Of a DNA stretch of 64,000 nt, positions 8,705-18,870 are shown in pieces. Numbering within the stretch: position 1 is the stretch's first letter; each line of letters begins with the position of its first letter. Made by a program: the position numbers and the translations under genes. Origin of the DNA: Polyangiaceae bacterium (GTDB lineage Bacteria > Myxococcota_A > Polyangia > Polyangiales > Polyangiaceae). The stretch is taken from NCBI GenBank assembly GCA_044376115.1, contig JBILLK010000029.1, forward strand, positions 1-64,000. Direction: 5' to 3'. The notes beneath the pieces are model-generated. The model did not search any database. It had not been told where the DNA came from and saw only the letters and a program-made list of their open reading frames with translations.

Positions 8705-10174
8705 ATGGCCCGAGAGAGCGTCCTCGCGCTGCGACCCGATCTTCGGGTTTACGATCACTTCGCCCTCGAAGCCGAGCTGCTTCCGCTGCGGTCGTGGGCC
8801 GAGCATCGGCTCGAGCTCGAGGGCGATGAAAACGAGCACGGCGCTTCGGTCGAGCTTCCGGTAGCCCAGAACGCTGGGCTCACCGACCTTACCAGCCGGG
8901 TCGAGGCGTTGGTTGGCTTCGAGAGCCGCGTCAGCGATACCGTGCGCTTTCGCCGCTACCAGCCTGGGCAGGGTCACCCACCCCACCTCGATGAGTACGA
9001 GATCGACGGAGCCTCGCTGGTGGTCACCGCGATGCTGATCGTCGAGGCGCCGGAGAGCGGCGGCGCCACCGAGTTCCCGCAGGCTTCGCCCTGGCCCACC
9101 GCAGTGACGCCGCAGGCGGGGCGGCTCGCTGTGTGGAGCAACTGCAACGCCGAGGGCCGACCCGAGCCCCGATCGTCGCATCAAGGAGCGCCCGTTGTTG
9201 CAGGGCGCAAGGCGGTGCTGTTGTGGTTCTTCTACCTGCCGCTCAGTGAATGGCGCGCCTTGCCGCAGCGCGAGGCCCCGGCAGCGCCGCCTGCGCCGCC
9301 CGCGCCGGGTTCGATCTTCACCGTCGTCGACGATGGCGTTCCCACAGAGACGCTTGCACCGCTGCGCGAAGCCTGCGCCCGTCGTGGTGTGATCTTCCGG
9401 CAGCTCGCGGCCAAAGGCTTCAGCTATTCGGCCGAGGATCGGCTGCCACCGTTCTCGATGATCTACCGACCTGCGACCTCGACCGCATCCGCGCACGTCG
9501 AAGAGTTCTTGCTGCGCGACGACGTGATCTCGTTCCACGACGGAGACCCGCTCTTCACCTGCGCCGCGCCGCAACGAGCGATGGAGCGAGCCGGCGTCAA
9601 CCTCCCACGCAGCTTCCCGGTGGCCTCGACCGAGCCCGCGCTGATTGCGAGCTTCGTCGAACGGTTGGGCGGCTATCCGGTGGTGGTCAAGACCGGGGGC
9701 GGAGAGGGCGGCGTGGGCGTGATGCGCGCCGACAACGAGGCCACCCTGCGCGGCCTGCTCGACTACCTCGTGCGGGGTAACGGCAGCGTACCCACCCTCT
9801 CGGCGTACATCCCCGAGGCGATGCACTTCCGCGTGATCGTCGTCGGCGAGCGAGCGGTGGCTTGCTACGAAAACCCGGTACGGCAAGGGGACTTTCGATC
9901 GAGCCCGTCGAGTGAAGCGAACAGCTACCGCGCCGACGTCCCGGACTGGTTGGCGGCTCCGGCGGTCCGCGCCGTGCGCGCCCAACGCCTCTTCTTTGGC
10001 GGCGTCGATCTACTGCGCCACCCGAGCGGCAGGCTGTACGTGATCGAGGTAAACTTCCCGTGCTTCTTCGCGCAAGCGACGCTCGGAGGCGGCGTCGATG
10101 TCGCAGGGCCGATGATCGATTTTTTGAGCGAGAGGGCCAGGAGTCGGGCGTCAGGCGAACACGTCGGGCAGTAG
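8705..10174 (+). CDS. Prolyl-4-hydroxylase-type 2OG-Fe(II) oxygenase fused to a RimK-like ATP-grasp ligase
   Basis: RY.PGQ...HLD, GGATEFP, H.G.PV..G.K; then YPVVVK..GEGGVGV, FRVIVVG, DFRS, GGVDLL, IEVN. Confidence 0.85.
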   Translation: MARESVLALRPDLRVYDHFALEAELLPLRSWAEHRLELEGDENEHGASVELPVAQNAGLTDLTSRVEALVGFESRVSDTVRFRRYQPGQGHPPHLDEYEIDGASLVVTAMLIVEAPESGGATEFPQASPWPTAVTPQAGRLAVWSNCNAEGRPEPRSSHQGAPVVAGRKAVLLWFFYLPLSEWRALPQREAPAAPPAPPAPGSIFTVVDDGVPTETLAPLREACARRGVIFRQLAAKGFSYSAEDRLPPFSMIYRPATSTASAHVEEFLLRDDVISFHDGDPLFTCAAPQRAMERAGVNLPRSFPVASTEPALIASFVERLGGYPVVVKTGGGEGGVGVMRADNEATLRGLLDYLVRGNGSVPTLSAYIPEAMHFRVIVVGERAVACYENPVRQGDFRSSPSSEANSYRADVPDWLAAPAVRAVRAQRLFFGGVDLLRHPSGRLYVIEVNFPCFFAQATLGGGVDVAGPMIDFLSERARSRASGEHVGQ

Positions 10175-13100
10175 CATATTGACGAAGCGATCCGGCACGG
10201 CCACTCCGCGCGCACTGAGCTCCTTGCGCGATTGCTCGATCATGCTCTGACCGCGCGTGCCGCCAACGAGCTGACCGAGGCGGTAGCGAGCTCCGTGGGC
10301 GAAGGTCACCATGTCCACACTTTCGAAGGTGCGCAGCGAGCGTTCCATCGACTCGATGGCCTTCGTCCGCTCGCCGTCGAGCAGGCGAATCCCAGCGAGC
10401 AGCGCGTGCCCCCAGCCGGGCGTATTGAGCACATCCATGTCGTTCATCAGCTCTTTGGCGATCTTCTCGACCTCTTTGAGCAGCCCTTTCCGCGAGGGCC
10501 GCCGATGGGCCATCAACAAGAGGGCGCGGGCGCGAATGAACATCGAATCGCCGCGGATGCTGATCACCCGCGACAAGAGCGAGCGCTGCATCGGACCCCA
10601 GGCGTCCTCCACGTGCGAGTAAGCGCGCTCCGCGTCCCCCTCGTAGAAGGTCGTGTGCACGCGGCCCTTGAGTTCGTACCAGTGTTGGACGTGAAAGCCC
10701 TCCTTCGACCAGCCGCGCATACCGCGATCGATGCAGGCGTGGGAGCTCTTCGGGTCGTCGCGCATCAGGTGAAAGACGTGGCCGATGAGCGTGCGTTTGC
10801 TGCCCGCGGCGAACAGATCGCCTTGTTCCTCGTGCACGCGTAGGTGCTCGGGGTAGAGCGTTGCAAGCTCCTCAAGACGGCCGAGATGAAATAGCGCCCA
10901 CAAGCCGAAGATCTGCGCGGAGGCGATCTCGTGGGTGACGTTGGTGCACTGCGTTCGGAAGATCGTCTCGGCCTTTTGTGCGTGTTGAAGGCCGGCGCGC
11001 CAACGCCCGGTAAAGATCGCTGAGAACGCGCGCGCCGCCTCGACCGTGCCGAGGGCGTGAGCGTGCTTCACGCGGTGCGCGAGCTTCTCTGCCGTCTCGA
11101 TCAAACGCGTCGTTCGGGCCTCGCTTGCGTTCCCGCCGGTCGCCGAGAACAGCGCCTCGACGGCCATGCCCAACACGACCCGGTACGGCTCCCCGACGGC
11201 GAGCGCCTCGACCAACATACGCGATTGAAAGTCGGCGCCTTGGATCGGGTCGATGAAGCCAAGCCCGACCGCCAGCGAGTAACACGCGTCGAGCTTCTGC
11301 AGCTGTTCGCGCGGCACGTCGGACTCTTGGCGCTCCTTGAAGGAGAGGCCGCGTACGCGCACGATCGCACGGCGTGCAAGCAGGCTAACCAGCGCCTCGG
11401 CTGGGCTCGTCGCCATGCGGATCCCGTGGGCGCGCGTGACCTCGCGAAACAGCGCCAGCCCCTCGTCGATATGGCCGGTACGGCACGCGTGTTCGGCCGC
11501 GAGCCGCTCGAGGTCGAGGGCGTCGGCGCGCGGTGCGATGCGCGCTGCCGAGCGATAAACCTTCCACGCTTCACCGCCTCGCCCGCCGTTGCACAGCGCA
11601 TCGGCCACCTTCCGCTCGACCAGCCACGCATCGTCGGCGTTGCGATCGAGCTCGAGCGCCTCACGATAAAGGTGCGCCGCCCGCACGAAGGCGAGCGCCT
11701 TGGACGCCTTCTCGGCGGCGAGCAAGGTGTACCGGCGTGCGCGCGGGACGTCTTTCCCCTCGCGGAAGTGGCGTGCTAGCGCCTCTACTTCGGCGTGGCC
11801 GGCCTGCTCCAGCGCCAAACCGAGCGCGAGGTGATGCGAAGCGAGCCGCGCCGCAGGAAGCGCCGCGACGACGGCCTCGCGGATGCGGTCGTGATAGGTC
11901 TCGGCCAGATCGGTCGTGCGCGCCCCGCGAGTGCGCAGCATGTGCTCGGCCCGCAGGCTCGCCCAATCGGAGGCGGCCTCGCTCGGCAACCGCGCTGCCG
12001 CGACGGCATCGCATTGGCGGATGGGCTCGCCGGCGACGGCGATCACCTCCAGCAGGCTGCGCGCGCTGGGCGTAAGCAGCGCCAAGCGATCGGCCACGAC
12101 CTTATCGAGCGTGGGCAGCGGCTCGCTGCCGCCGCTATGCGCACGCTGGCCGGTGGCGCGCGCGAGCTCGGTGATGAAGAAGGGGCTGCCCTCGGCCTCC
12201 TCGGTGATCGCCGTAAGCAGCTGCTCGTCCGGATCGCGCAGGTAGTTCGCGGCGAGCGCTTTGGCCTGCTCATCCGCGAGCGGACCGAGCACGATATCGT
12301 GCACGGTGAGGCCCGCGCGCAGCTCGCCCGCCGGGTTCAGCAGCTCGTCCAGGAAGGGGCTGCCGCTCGCCTCGTCACTACGAAACGCGCAGATCAGCAG
12401 CACCGGCGGTGGCTCCGGAGGACGCAACAAATCGATCAGCAGCGCGGCGCTATCCGCGTCGCCCCACTGCAGGTCGTCGATGTAGAGGACGAGCGCGACC
12501 TTGCGCGCCAGGTTCTTGACCAGCTCGCGCAGCGCCGCAAAGCCTCTGCGACGCAGGATCTTGGGATCAGCGACTTCACGCGCATCGGTCGACTTGAAGG
12601 CCGGGACATCGAGGAACACCGGGAACAGCCGGGCAAGCGCGGCCGCATCAGCGGGCACGGCGCTAGCGGCGAGGCTCGCGTCTTTGAGCAAGAGGCGCGA
12701 TAGCGCGTCCATCAACGCATCGACGGCCTTGTAGGGGACGCTCTCGCGCTCGTAACAACGCCCCTTGAGCGTGACCACCGTGCGCGGCGAACTCTCGCGC
12801 ACGGGGCCCGCGACCGCGATGCCGTCTCGGATTTCGTCGAGGAAGCGGCGCATCAGGGCGCTTTTGCCCATGCCGCTGATGCCGGAGACGGTGACCACGA
12901 CCGGGCGACCCACGTACGATTCGCGCGCGGCTTCATGCAGAGCACCGAGCTCGGTATCCCGACCGATGAAGGTGGAACGACCGCGTCCGCCGACCTCCAC
13001 CGGCTCATCCCCGAGCAGCTCGAGCACGCGTGCAAGGGAAGGCCGTTCCGCTGGCTCGCGCCGCAGCAACAGGCCGCACAGCGCGTCGAGCTCCGGGTCC

Positions 13101-14107
13101 ACGGCGTCAACCAGCGACGAAGGCTGCGGCGGCTCGAGCGTCTGCTTGGCGTTCAGGATCTCGAACACGCCACCGACGAAGGGAACTACGCCGACGAGCG
13201 ACTCGTACAGCATCACGCCCAAGGCGTAGAGATCGCTCGCTGGCCCCAACGAGCCGCGCGCTTGTTCGGGCGCCATGTACTCGGGCGTGCCCTGCAGCAC
13301 CTGCTCGTTTTGCGCCTCCGGGGCCGTCTCAGCGGCCAGCCCGAAGTCGAGGATCACCACGCGCCCTTGACGATCCACGAGCACGTTGGAGGGCTTGAGA
13401 TCCCCGTGCACGGTGCCCGCTCGATGAAGCGCGTCGAGCCCAGCAACCAGCTGTCGCAAGAGCCGCTTGAGCCGCGCCTGGTCCGGGCACTTGGCTGCGG
13501 GCTTCCCTTGGAGGGACCACCAAGAGAGCGTCTTTTCCGGCGCAAAGCTCAGCGCAGCTCCGCGCGGTACCGCGCGCTCGGTGATGCTCTCGGGGCCGTC
13601 GGGGAGCGGCGCCAGCATGGTCTCCAGCGCGCGCGTTGGGCTGTCCGAAGGCACCGAGCGTTCACCGGTGCGAGCGATCGAGAGCTTGACGTTCTTGGGC
13701 GACGCGGCAGCGAAAGGAGCTGCGAGCGAAGAATCCCCCGAGGACCCATGCGCAGAAGGGAGGCTGCCCGAGGCATCGGAGTGCGGCGCGGCGTCGGGCG
13801 GAGCCGAAACGGCGGAGAGGAAGTCCACGCCGTCCACGAGCTCCATCGTGAAAAACCAGAGCTCCTCCGAAGAAACCAGCTCGTGGTAGGCGACGAGGTT
13901 CTTGTGCCCGAGATCCGCAAGGGCGCGGAACTCGCGCTTGATGCGGTAGACGCTCGCGCTCTCAACGCCGGTGAGCGTCTTGAGCGCTACCGTGGTTCCG
14001 CGCTCGTTGTCGAAGGCCTCGTACACGACACCCATGCCGCCGCGCCCCACCCGCCGACGGATGGTGAATCGATCGGTGCCAGAAAACTCTTCGAACGCCC
14101 CTCTCAC
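10151..14107 (-). CDS. Ser/Thr protein kinase fused to an AAA/NACHT-like ATPase and TPR-like region
   Basis: GRGGMGVVY, VALK, HGDLKPSN, DFG, GTPEYMAPE; Walker A GISGMGKS; IDDLQWGD; likely GTG start at 14107. Confidence 0.92.
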   Translation of the reverse strand: MRGAFEEFSGTDRFTIRRRVGRGGMGVVYEAFDNERGTTVALKTLTGVESASVYRIKREFRALADLGHKNLVAYHELVSSEELWFFTMELVDGVDFLSAVSAPPDAAPHSDASGSLPSAHGSSGDSSLAAPFAAASPKNVKLSIARTGERSVPSDSPTRALETMLAPLPDGPESITERAVPRGAALSFAPEKTLSWWSLQGKPAAKCPDQARLKRLLRQLVAGLDALHRAGTVHGDLKPSNVLVDRQGRVVILDFGLAAETAPEAQNEQVLQGTPEYMAPEQARGSLGPASDLYALGVMLYESLVGVVPFVGGVFEILNAKQTLEPPQPSSLVDAVDPELDALCGLLLRREPAERPSLARVLELLGDEPVEVGGRGRSTFIGRDTELGALHEAARESYVGRPVVVTVSGISGMGKSALMRRFLDEIRDGIAVAGPVRESSPRTVVTLKGRCYERESVPYKAVDALMDALSRLLLKDASLAASAVPADAAALARLFPVFLDVPAFKSTDAREVADPKILRRRGFAALRELVKNLARKVALVLYIDDLQWGDADSAALLIDLLRPPEPPPVLLICAFRSDEASGSPFLDELLNPAGELRAGLTVHDIVLGPLADEQAKALAANYLRDPDEQLLTAITEEAEGSPFFITELARATGQRAHSGGSEPLPTLDKVVADRLALLTPSARSLLEVIAVAGEPIRQCDAVAAARLPSEAASDWASLRAEHMLRTRGARTTDLAETYHDRIREAVVAALPAARLASHHLALGLALEQAGHAEVEALARHFREGKDVPRARRYTLLAAEKASKALAFVRAAHLYREALELDRNADDAWLVERKVADALCNGGRGGEAWKVYRSAARIAPRADALDLERLAAEHACRTGHIDEGLALFREVTRAHGIRMATSPAEALVSLLARRAIVRVRGLSFKERQESDVPREQLQKLDACYSLAVGLGFIDPIQGADFQSRMLVEALAVGEPYRVVLGMAVEALFSATGGNASEARTTRLIETAEKLAHRVKHAHALGTVEAARAFSAIFTGRWRAGLQHAQKAETIFRTQCTNVTHEIASAQIFGLWALFHLGRLEELATLYPEHLRVHEEQGDLFAAGSKRTLIGHVFHLMRDDPKSSHACIDRGMRGWSKEGFHVQHWYELKGRVHTTFYEGDAERAYSHVEDAWGPMQRSLLSRVISIRGDSMFIRARALLLMAHRRPSRKGLLKEVEKIAKELMNDMDVLNTPGWGHALLAGIRLLDGERTKAIESMERSLRTFESVDMVTFAHGARYRLGQLVGGTRGQSMIEQSRKELSARGVAVPDRFVNMLLPDVFA

Positions 14108-14173
14108 CGCCGTACGGTATGCCAACTCGGAACGCTCGGTCGAGGGGATCTACGATTGATTTTGGGGGCTTCT

Positions 14174-16546
14174 ATGAATGCTTTGCTCGCTAACTCGGCT
14201 TCGGAACTCAAGCTGGTCTACGGGGTCATCGTGATCGGCTCAGGCTATGGCGGCTCCATTAGCGCCTGCAGGCTCGCTGAGGCGGGGCACTCGGTTTGTC
14301 TGCTCGAGCGCGGGAAAGAGTGGGGGGACGCGTTCCCGGACAAGCTAGAGGGGCTCGCCGAGGAGTTTCGCGGCGAGCACAACCCAACGGGCCTGTTCGA
14401 CCTGAAGGTTGGACACGACATCGACGTGTTCAGTGGCAACGGGCTCGGGGGCACTTCGCTGATCAACGCGAACGTAGCGATCGAGCCGGAGATGAGCGTG
14501 TTCGACCAGGCGCGCTGGCCCACGGCGATCCGCGAGGAGGCCAAGTCAGGCGCACTGCGTGACTACTACACGAAGGCTGCAACCACCCTCGAGATCGAGC
14601 TCGCGCAGCCGCGCGCGGGGGAGACGCAGCTCCCGCTGAAGGTGCTCGCTCACAAGAAGAGCGCAGAAGCACGGCCTGGCAAGTTCGAGCGACTCAACCT
14701 CGCGGTGCACTTCGGGGCCGACGCAACGAACAACCACGGCGTCGCCATGAAGCAGTGCACCTTCTGCGGCAACTGCGTCACCGGCTGCCGCGGTGGCGCA
14801 AAGAAGACGCTGCCGAAGAACTACCTCGCCAGCGCAAAGCGGGCCGGCGCGCACATCTTCTGCTGCATGGAGGTCAACTGGATCAGCGAGGAAGGCGGCG
14901 GCTACTTCGTCAACGTCACCGAGCACGTCAAGGGCGAGAAGGTCGTCTACAACCTCTTCGCGCAAACCGTGATCGTCGCGGCCGGTGCGCTCGGCTCCAC
15001 CGGCATCCTGCTGCGGTCGAAGGACCGTGGCCTCTCGCTCAGCGGTCGAGTCGGGCACCACTTTGGTTCCAACGGCGATCAGCTCGGCTTCGGCTACAAC
15101 AACGATGAGCGCACCAACACCGCGGGCTTCCCCTGCCCTGCTTCGCCGCCGCTCCCGCCCGCCGTCGGTCCGACGATCATGAGCGCGATCGACTATCACG
15201 ACGCTAGCGGCAAACGCTTCTTGATCGAGGAGGGCGCCTTCCCCAACCCGCTGGTCGAGGCGTTGCGGGTCGTGCTCTCCAAAACGGCGCTGGTGGAAGG
15301 CCAAGACACCGACTCCGGCTTCGTCGATGGAATGAAAGAAGTTGGGCGCATGCTGAAAGACTCGGTCGGTGCGGCGGAGGGCGGCGCGCTCAACCACTCG
15401 CAGATCTACCTCGGGATGGGCGATGACGACGCCGACGGTCGGGTGATCCTCGATCACGAGGGCGCACCGCGGATCATCTGGGGCGGCGCCGGGTGGAAAC
15501 CCATCTTCAATCAGCTCTCCGACGAGATGTTGGAGCTCGTGCGCCCGCTTGGTGGCACCTTCCTCCGCAACCCGCGGCACCTGCGAGCCGCAGGGCACAA
15601 CCCGGTCACCGTTCATCCGCTTGGCGGCTGCCCGATGGGCGACAACGCTGACGTCGGCGTGGTCAACGCCAACGGTCGTGCGTTCCGCGCCGATGGCTCG
15701 TTGCACTCGGGGCTGCACGTGATCGACGGTGCTGTGATTCCGGTCGCGCTGATGGTCAACCCGTTCCTCACCATCGCCGCGTTGGCCGAGCGTTCGGCCG
15801 AGCACCTGGTCGCAGATCTGAAGAGCGTTCCTGCGCTGACTGGCGCTCCCCCTGGGCCGAACCCGGCGCCGGTCCCGGTTGGGCTCGAGTTCACCGAAAA
15901 GATGCGCGGTTACGTGACCACGGCCATCACCAACGCGCGCAGCTCGTTCGAGGCCACCGTCAACAAGATCGACGACCGCGCCTGGGAGAAGAACTTCGAG
16001 ATGGCCGAGGCAGCGGCCAAAGCGGCCGACACAAAGCTCGTCTTCCGCTTGACCATCGTGGCCGACGACGTGGCGGACTTCATGGACTCACCGCAGCACC
16101 AAGCGCGCGTGGAGGGCTACGTGGATTGTCCGCTGTTTGGTACGCGGCGGCTGGTCGAGGAAGGGTCGTTCAACCTGTTCAAGCAGGATCAATCCGAGAA
16201 GCTCAAGAAGATGACCTACGTCTTGAAGTTCACCGATGACAACGGTCGCAAGCTCATGCTCGACGGCTTCAAGATGATCAACGACGATCGCGGCTTCGAC
16301 GTATGGAAAGACACGACCACGTTGTTTACGTCGATCCGCGAGGGTTGGGACGAGAATTCGCCGGTGATCGCCGAGGGCATCGTTCACGTGCTCGCAGCCG
16401 ACTTCATGAAGCAGCTGACGACCTTCCGGCTGCGCAATAGCCAGGGGCTCGCGTCGAGCGCTGCGCTCTATGGGCGCTTCCTTCGCTTCTTCTTCGGCAA
16501 CCTAACCGACACTTACATCTTGGGTCGTGTCCCGGGGATCTCTTGA
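14174..16546 (+). CDS. GMC oxidoreductase, cholesterol-oxidase-like, with an extra C-terminal domain
   Basis: IGSGYGG FAD motif, GLGGTSLINAN, CTFCGNCVTGC, HPLGGC, VNPFLTI. Confidence 0.88.
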   Translation: MNALLANSASELKLVYGVIVIGSGYGGSISACRLAEAGHSVCLLERGKEWGDAFPDKLEGLAEEFRGEHNPTGLFDLKVGHDIDVFSGNGLGGTSLINANVAIEPEMSVFDQARWPTAIREEAKSGALRDYYTKAATTLEIELAQPRAGETQLPLKVLAHKKSAEARPGKFERLNLAVHFGADATNNHGVAMKQCTFCGNCVTGCRGGAKKTLPKNYLASAKRAGAHIFCCMEVNWISEEGGGYFVNVTEHVKGEKVVYNLFAQTVIVAAGALGSTGILLRSKDRGLSLSGRVGHHFGSNGDQLGFGYNNDERTNTAGFPCPASPPLPPAVGPTIMSAIDYHDASGKRFLIEEGAFPNPLVEALRVVLSKTALVEGQDTDSGFVDGMKEVGRMLKDSVGAAEGGALNHSQIYLGMGDDDADGRVILDHEGAPRIIWGGAGWKPIFNQLSDEMLELVRPLGGTFLRNPRHLRAAGHNPVTVHPLGGCPMGDNADVGVVNANGRAFRADGSLHSGLHVIDGAVIPVALMVNPFLTIAALAERSAEHLVADLKSVPALTGAPPGPNPAPVPVGLEFTEKMRGYVTTAITNARSSFEATVNKIDDRAWEKNFEMAEAAAKAADTKLVFRLTIVADDVADFMDSPQHQARVEGYVDCPLFGTRRLVEEGSFNLFKQDQSEKLKKMTYVLKFTDDNGRKLMLDGFKMINDDRGFDVWKDTTTLFTSIREGWDENSPVIAEGIVHVLAADFMKQLTTFRLRNSQGLASSAALYGRFLRFFFGNLTDTYILGRVPGIS

Positions 16547-18438
16547 GGCACCCGCACGAACTCGCCACCAAACCCAAGCAGACCAACTTCAAGCCCTTCA
16601 ACCTGCTGCTGCTGCTCGCCGTAGCGGCGGTGGGTGTGGTCTTGATGGTGATGGAGGGCATCAAGCTTCCACACTGGCCGTTCATTGTCTTCTCGCTGGC
16701 GGTCAGCGTGCTCGCCATCTGGTACGCGGCGTTTGAGATCTCGACCAAGCGTCTCCTGTGCCTGATGGCCGTCGCTGGGCTGAGCGGCTTCGCCACGCAG
16801 GTGGTGGGCAGCACGGTGCAAGGCGTTTGGGTGTACCCCGGCCCGCACGGCTCGTACTTCTTTGTGCCCAGCATGTTTGCTTGCGTCTCCACGGCGGCCT
16901 ACGGCCTGATCTCACTGAAGGTCGGGCCCTGGCTTCGCACGAAGATCACCTTCCTCCCGCGTCGCTTCAACGTAGCGCTCGTGCTTGGCCTGGGCGCGCT
17001 GCTGGTGACGTTCTCCGCGCAGTACGGCTCGCTGCATGAACCGTTGTTCTGGCTCTACTACGGCGCGCTGATCGTGTTCGCGGTCTATGCGGCGCTGCTG
17101 ATGGACCTGGCGACGTTGCTGTCGATCGTCCTCGTCGGCGTGGTGCTCGGGGGCCTGAGCGAGCTACTCGGAGCGAGCAGCGGGGTGTGGAGCTTCAGCA
17201 AAACGCCCTGGCTTCCGCCGGCGTACTTGGTGCTCGGTTCTTGGCCGCTCGAGGTGCTGCTGCACTACGGGCTCTCCGGCATCCTGGCCAAGGAGAAGCT
17301 CTTCGCCAAGCCTCGCTTCTTCACCGAGGACCCGACGTACGCCTTGAAGAAGGGTCATCACATGTTCACCGGCAAAGCGTCGATGGACGTCTACCTCACC
17401 AAGGACGAGGACAAGTTCGCGGCGCTCGACGACGTGCTGCTACGAGCCAAGTTCTTCGAGCTGCTCGAGGCCAAATGCGAAGCCTCGGGCAAGTCGAAGG
17501 CGGACTTCCGCATCATCATCAAGCCCAACTTGATGTTCATGTACTCGGAGATCGACCGCTCCACCTTCACTGACCCAGCGCTGGTCGAGCACCTCGTCGA
17601 TCGCATCGCCGAACGCGGCTTCAAGAGCATCAAGGTGGTGGAGGCCCAATCTGCGTACGGCAACTACTTCGAGGGCCGCGAGGTCCCCAACGTGGCTCGC
17701 GTCGCTGGCTATGATCCGCGCGGTCGCTACGAGATCGTGGATCTGACGGCGGAAGCGGTGCCCCACACCTTCGAGGGCATGCTCGGTGAGCACGTCGTGG
17801 GGCCGACCTGGCGCGACGCCGACTTCCGCATCTCCTTCGCCAAGAACAAGACCCACACCTGGGCTTGGTACACGCTCACGATCAAGAACATCTACGGCGC
17901 CCTCGCCAAGCAGGACAAGCTGCACGAGTACCACTACGCGCGGGAGATCTACTACCCGACGATCGACATGCTGGTGGCCTTCCCCGTCGACTTCGGCCTC
18001 GTCGACGCCTCGCTCTCGGCAGACGGTCCGTTCGGTATCTTCGCCGACAAGCACCCCAACAAAACCGACACGATCTACGGCGGTCAAAGCTTGCTCGCGG
18101 TGGATTGGGTGGGCGCGCAGAAGATGGGCCTCGACCCGATGGTCAGCCGTTACATGCAGCTCGCGGTGCAAGCCTTTGGCAAGCCCGAGCCCATCACGCA
18201 CGGAGACACCTCGCCGTACCCCAACTGGGAGAACGTCCCCAAGCCCATGATCGATTTTTGGGACGCGGCCGAGGAGAGCTACAGCTTCACCAACACCGTG
18301 TTCTCGATCATGAACCACGACTTCGTCAGCAAAGAGTTCAAGCGCAAGCCTGTCTACGGCCTGCGGATGAAGCTCATCAAGTTACTCGGCCCGCTTGGTG
18401 GCATCGCCTTCAAGAGGCCCGAAAAGAAGGGTGACTGA
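16543..18438 (+). CDS. Multi-pass membrane domain fused to a DUF362 domain
   Basis: About 8 hydrophobic segments, then IIIKPNL, TDPALVE, KTH..TLTIKNIYG, LAVD; 4-nt overlap with the GMC gene. Confidence 0.75.
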   Translation: MRHPHELATKPKQTNFKPFNLLLLLAVAAVGVVLMVMEGIKLPHWPFIVFSLAVSVLAIWYAAFEISTKRLLCLMAVAGLSGFATQVVGSTVQGVWVYPGPHGSYFFVPSMFACVSTAAYGLISLKVGPWLRTKITFLPRRFNVALVLGLGALLVTFSAQYGSLHEPLFWLYYGALIVFAVYAALLMDLATLLSIVLVGVVLGGLSELLGASSGVWSFSKTPWLPPAYLVLGSWPLEVLLHYGLSGILAKEKLFAKPRFFTEDPTYALKKGHHMFTGKASMDVYLTKDEDKFAALDDVLLRAKFFELLEAKCEASGKSKADFRIIIKPNLMFMYSEIDRSTFTDPALVEHLVDRIAERGFKSIKVVEAQSAYGNYFEGREVPNVARVAGYDPRGRYEIVDLTAEAVPHTFEGMLGEHVVGPTWRDADFRISFAKNKTHTWAWYTLTIKNIYGALAKQDKLHEYHYAREIYYPTIDMLVAFPVDFGLVDASLSADGPFGIFADKHPNKTDTIYGGQSLLAVDWVGAQKMGLDPMVSRYMQLAVQAFGKPEPITHGDTSPYPNWENVPKPMIDFWDAAEESYSFTNTVFSIMNHDFVSKEFKRKPVYGLRMKLIKLLGPLGGIAFKRPEKKGD

Positions 18439-18439
18439 G

Positions 18440-18865
18440 ATGGATCCGAAACGCGCAGAGACGCTCCTTCGCTGGGTCGTCGGGCTGTTGATCTTTTGGG
18501 ACTTCGGCCTGGCTGTCTACGCCGTCGGCTTCCCGCATCACTTCCAAGAATGGGTCCGCTTCCCGCCGCAGCCCGAGCCGCTCTTCGTACGCGGCGTGGG
18601 CATGTACTGGCTCTTTGCGTCCTGGTTCCAGTTCCTCGGCTGGCGCAACCCGCGCAAGTACTTGGTGGCGATCCAGCTCGCGACCTGGTTCCGCATCTCG
18701 GCCGCTTGCATCGACACGGTGGAGATCTTCCTGGTGCCCAAGCCTTGGTACTTCTTCCACTCGATGCTGCTGTTCTTCGTCGTGTCGAACATCGTGATCG
18801 CCTTCGCGCAGGCCAGCTTGCTCAAGAAGATGGGCCTCAAGTGGATCGACTGGTCCAAGGAGTAG
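18440..18865 (+). CDS. Small multi-pass membrane protein
   Basis: Four hydrophobic segments; starts 1 nt after the upstream stop. Confidence 0.8.
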   Translation: MDPKRAETLLRWVVGLLIFWDFGLAVYAVGFPHHFQEWVRFPPQPEPLFVRGVGMYWLFASWFQFLGWRNPRKYLVAIQLATWFRISAACIDTVEIFLVPKPWYFFHSMLLFFVVSNIVIAFAQASLLKKMGLKWIDWSKE

Positions 18866-18870
18866 CAGCA

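Noticed and set aside
8387..9985. 532-aa minus-strand ORF and similar long overlapping ORFs
   Set aside because: Antisense to well-supported genes, Arg-rich and without motifs; expected in high-GC DNA.
12935..14173. N-terminal 413 aa of the 1203-aa ORF, suggesting a giant GMC fusion
   Set aside because: It is the antisense shadow of the kinase gene; the GMC FAD motif begins just after ATG 14174.
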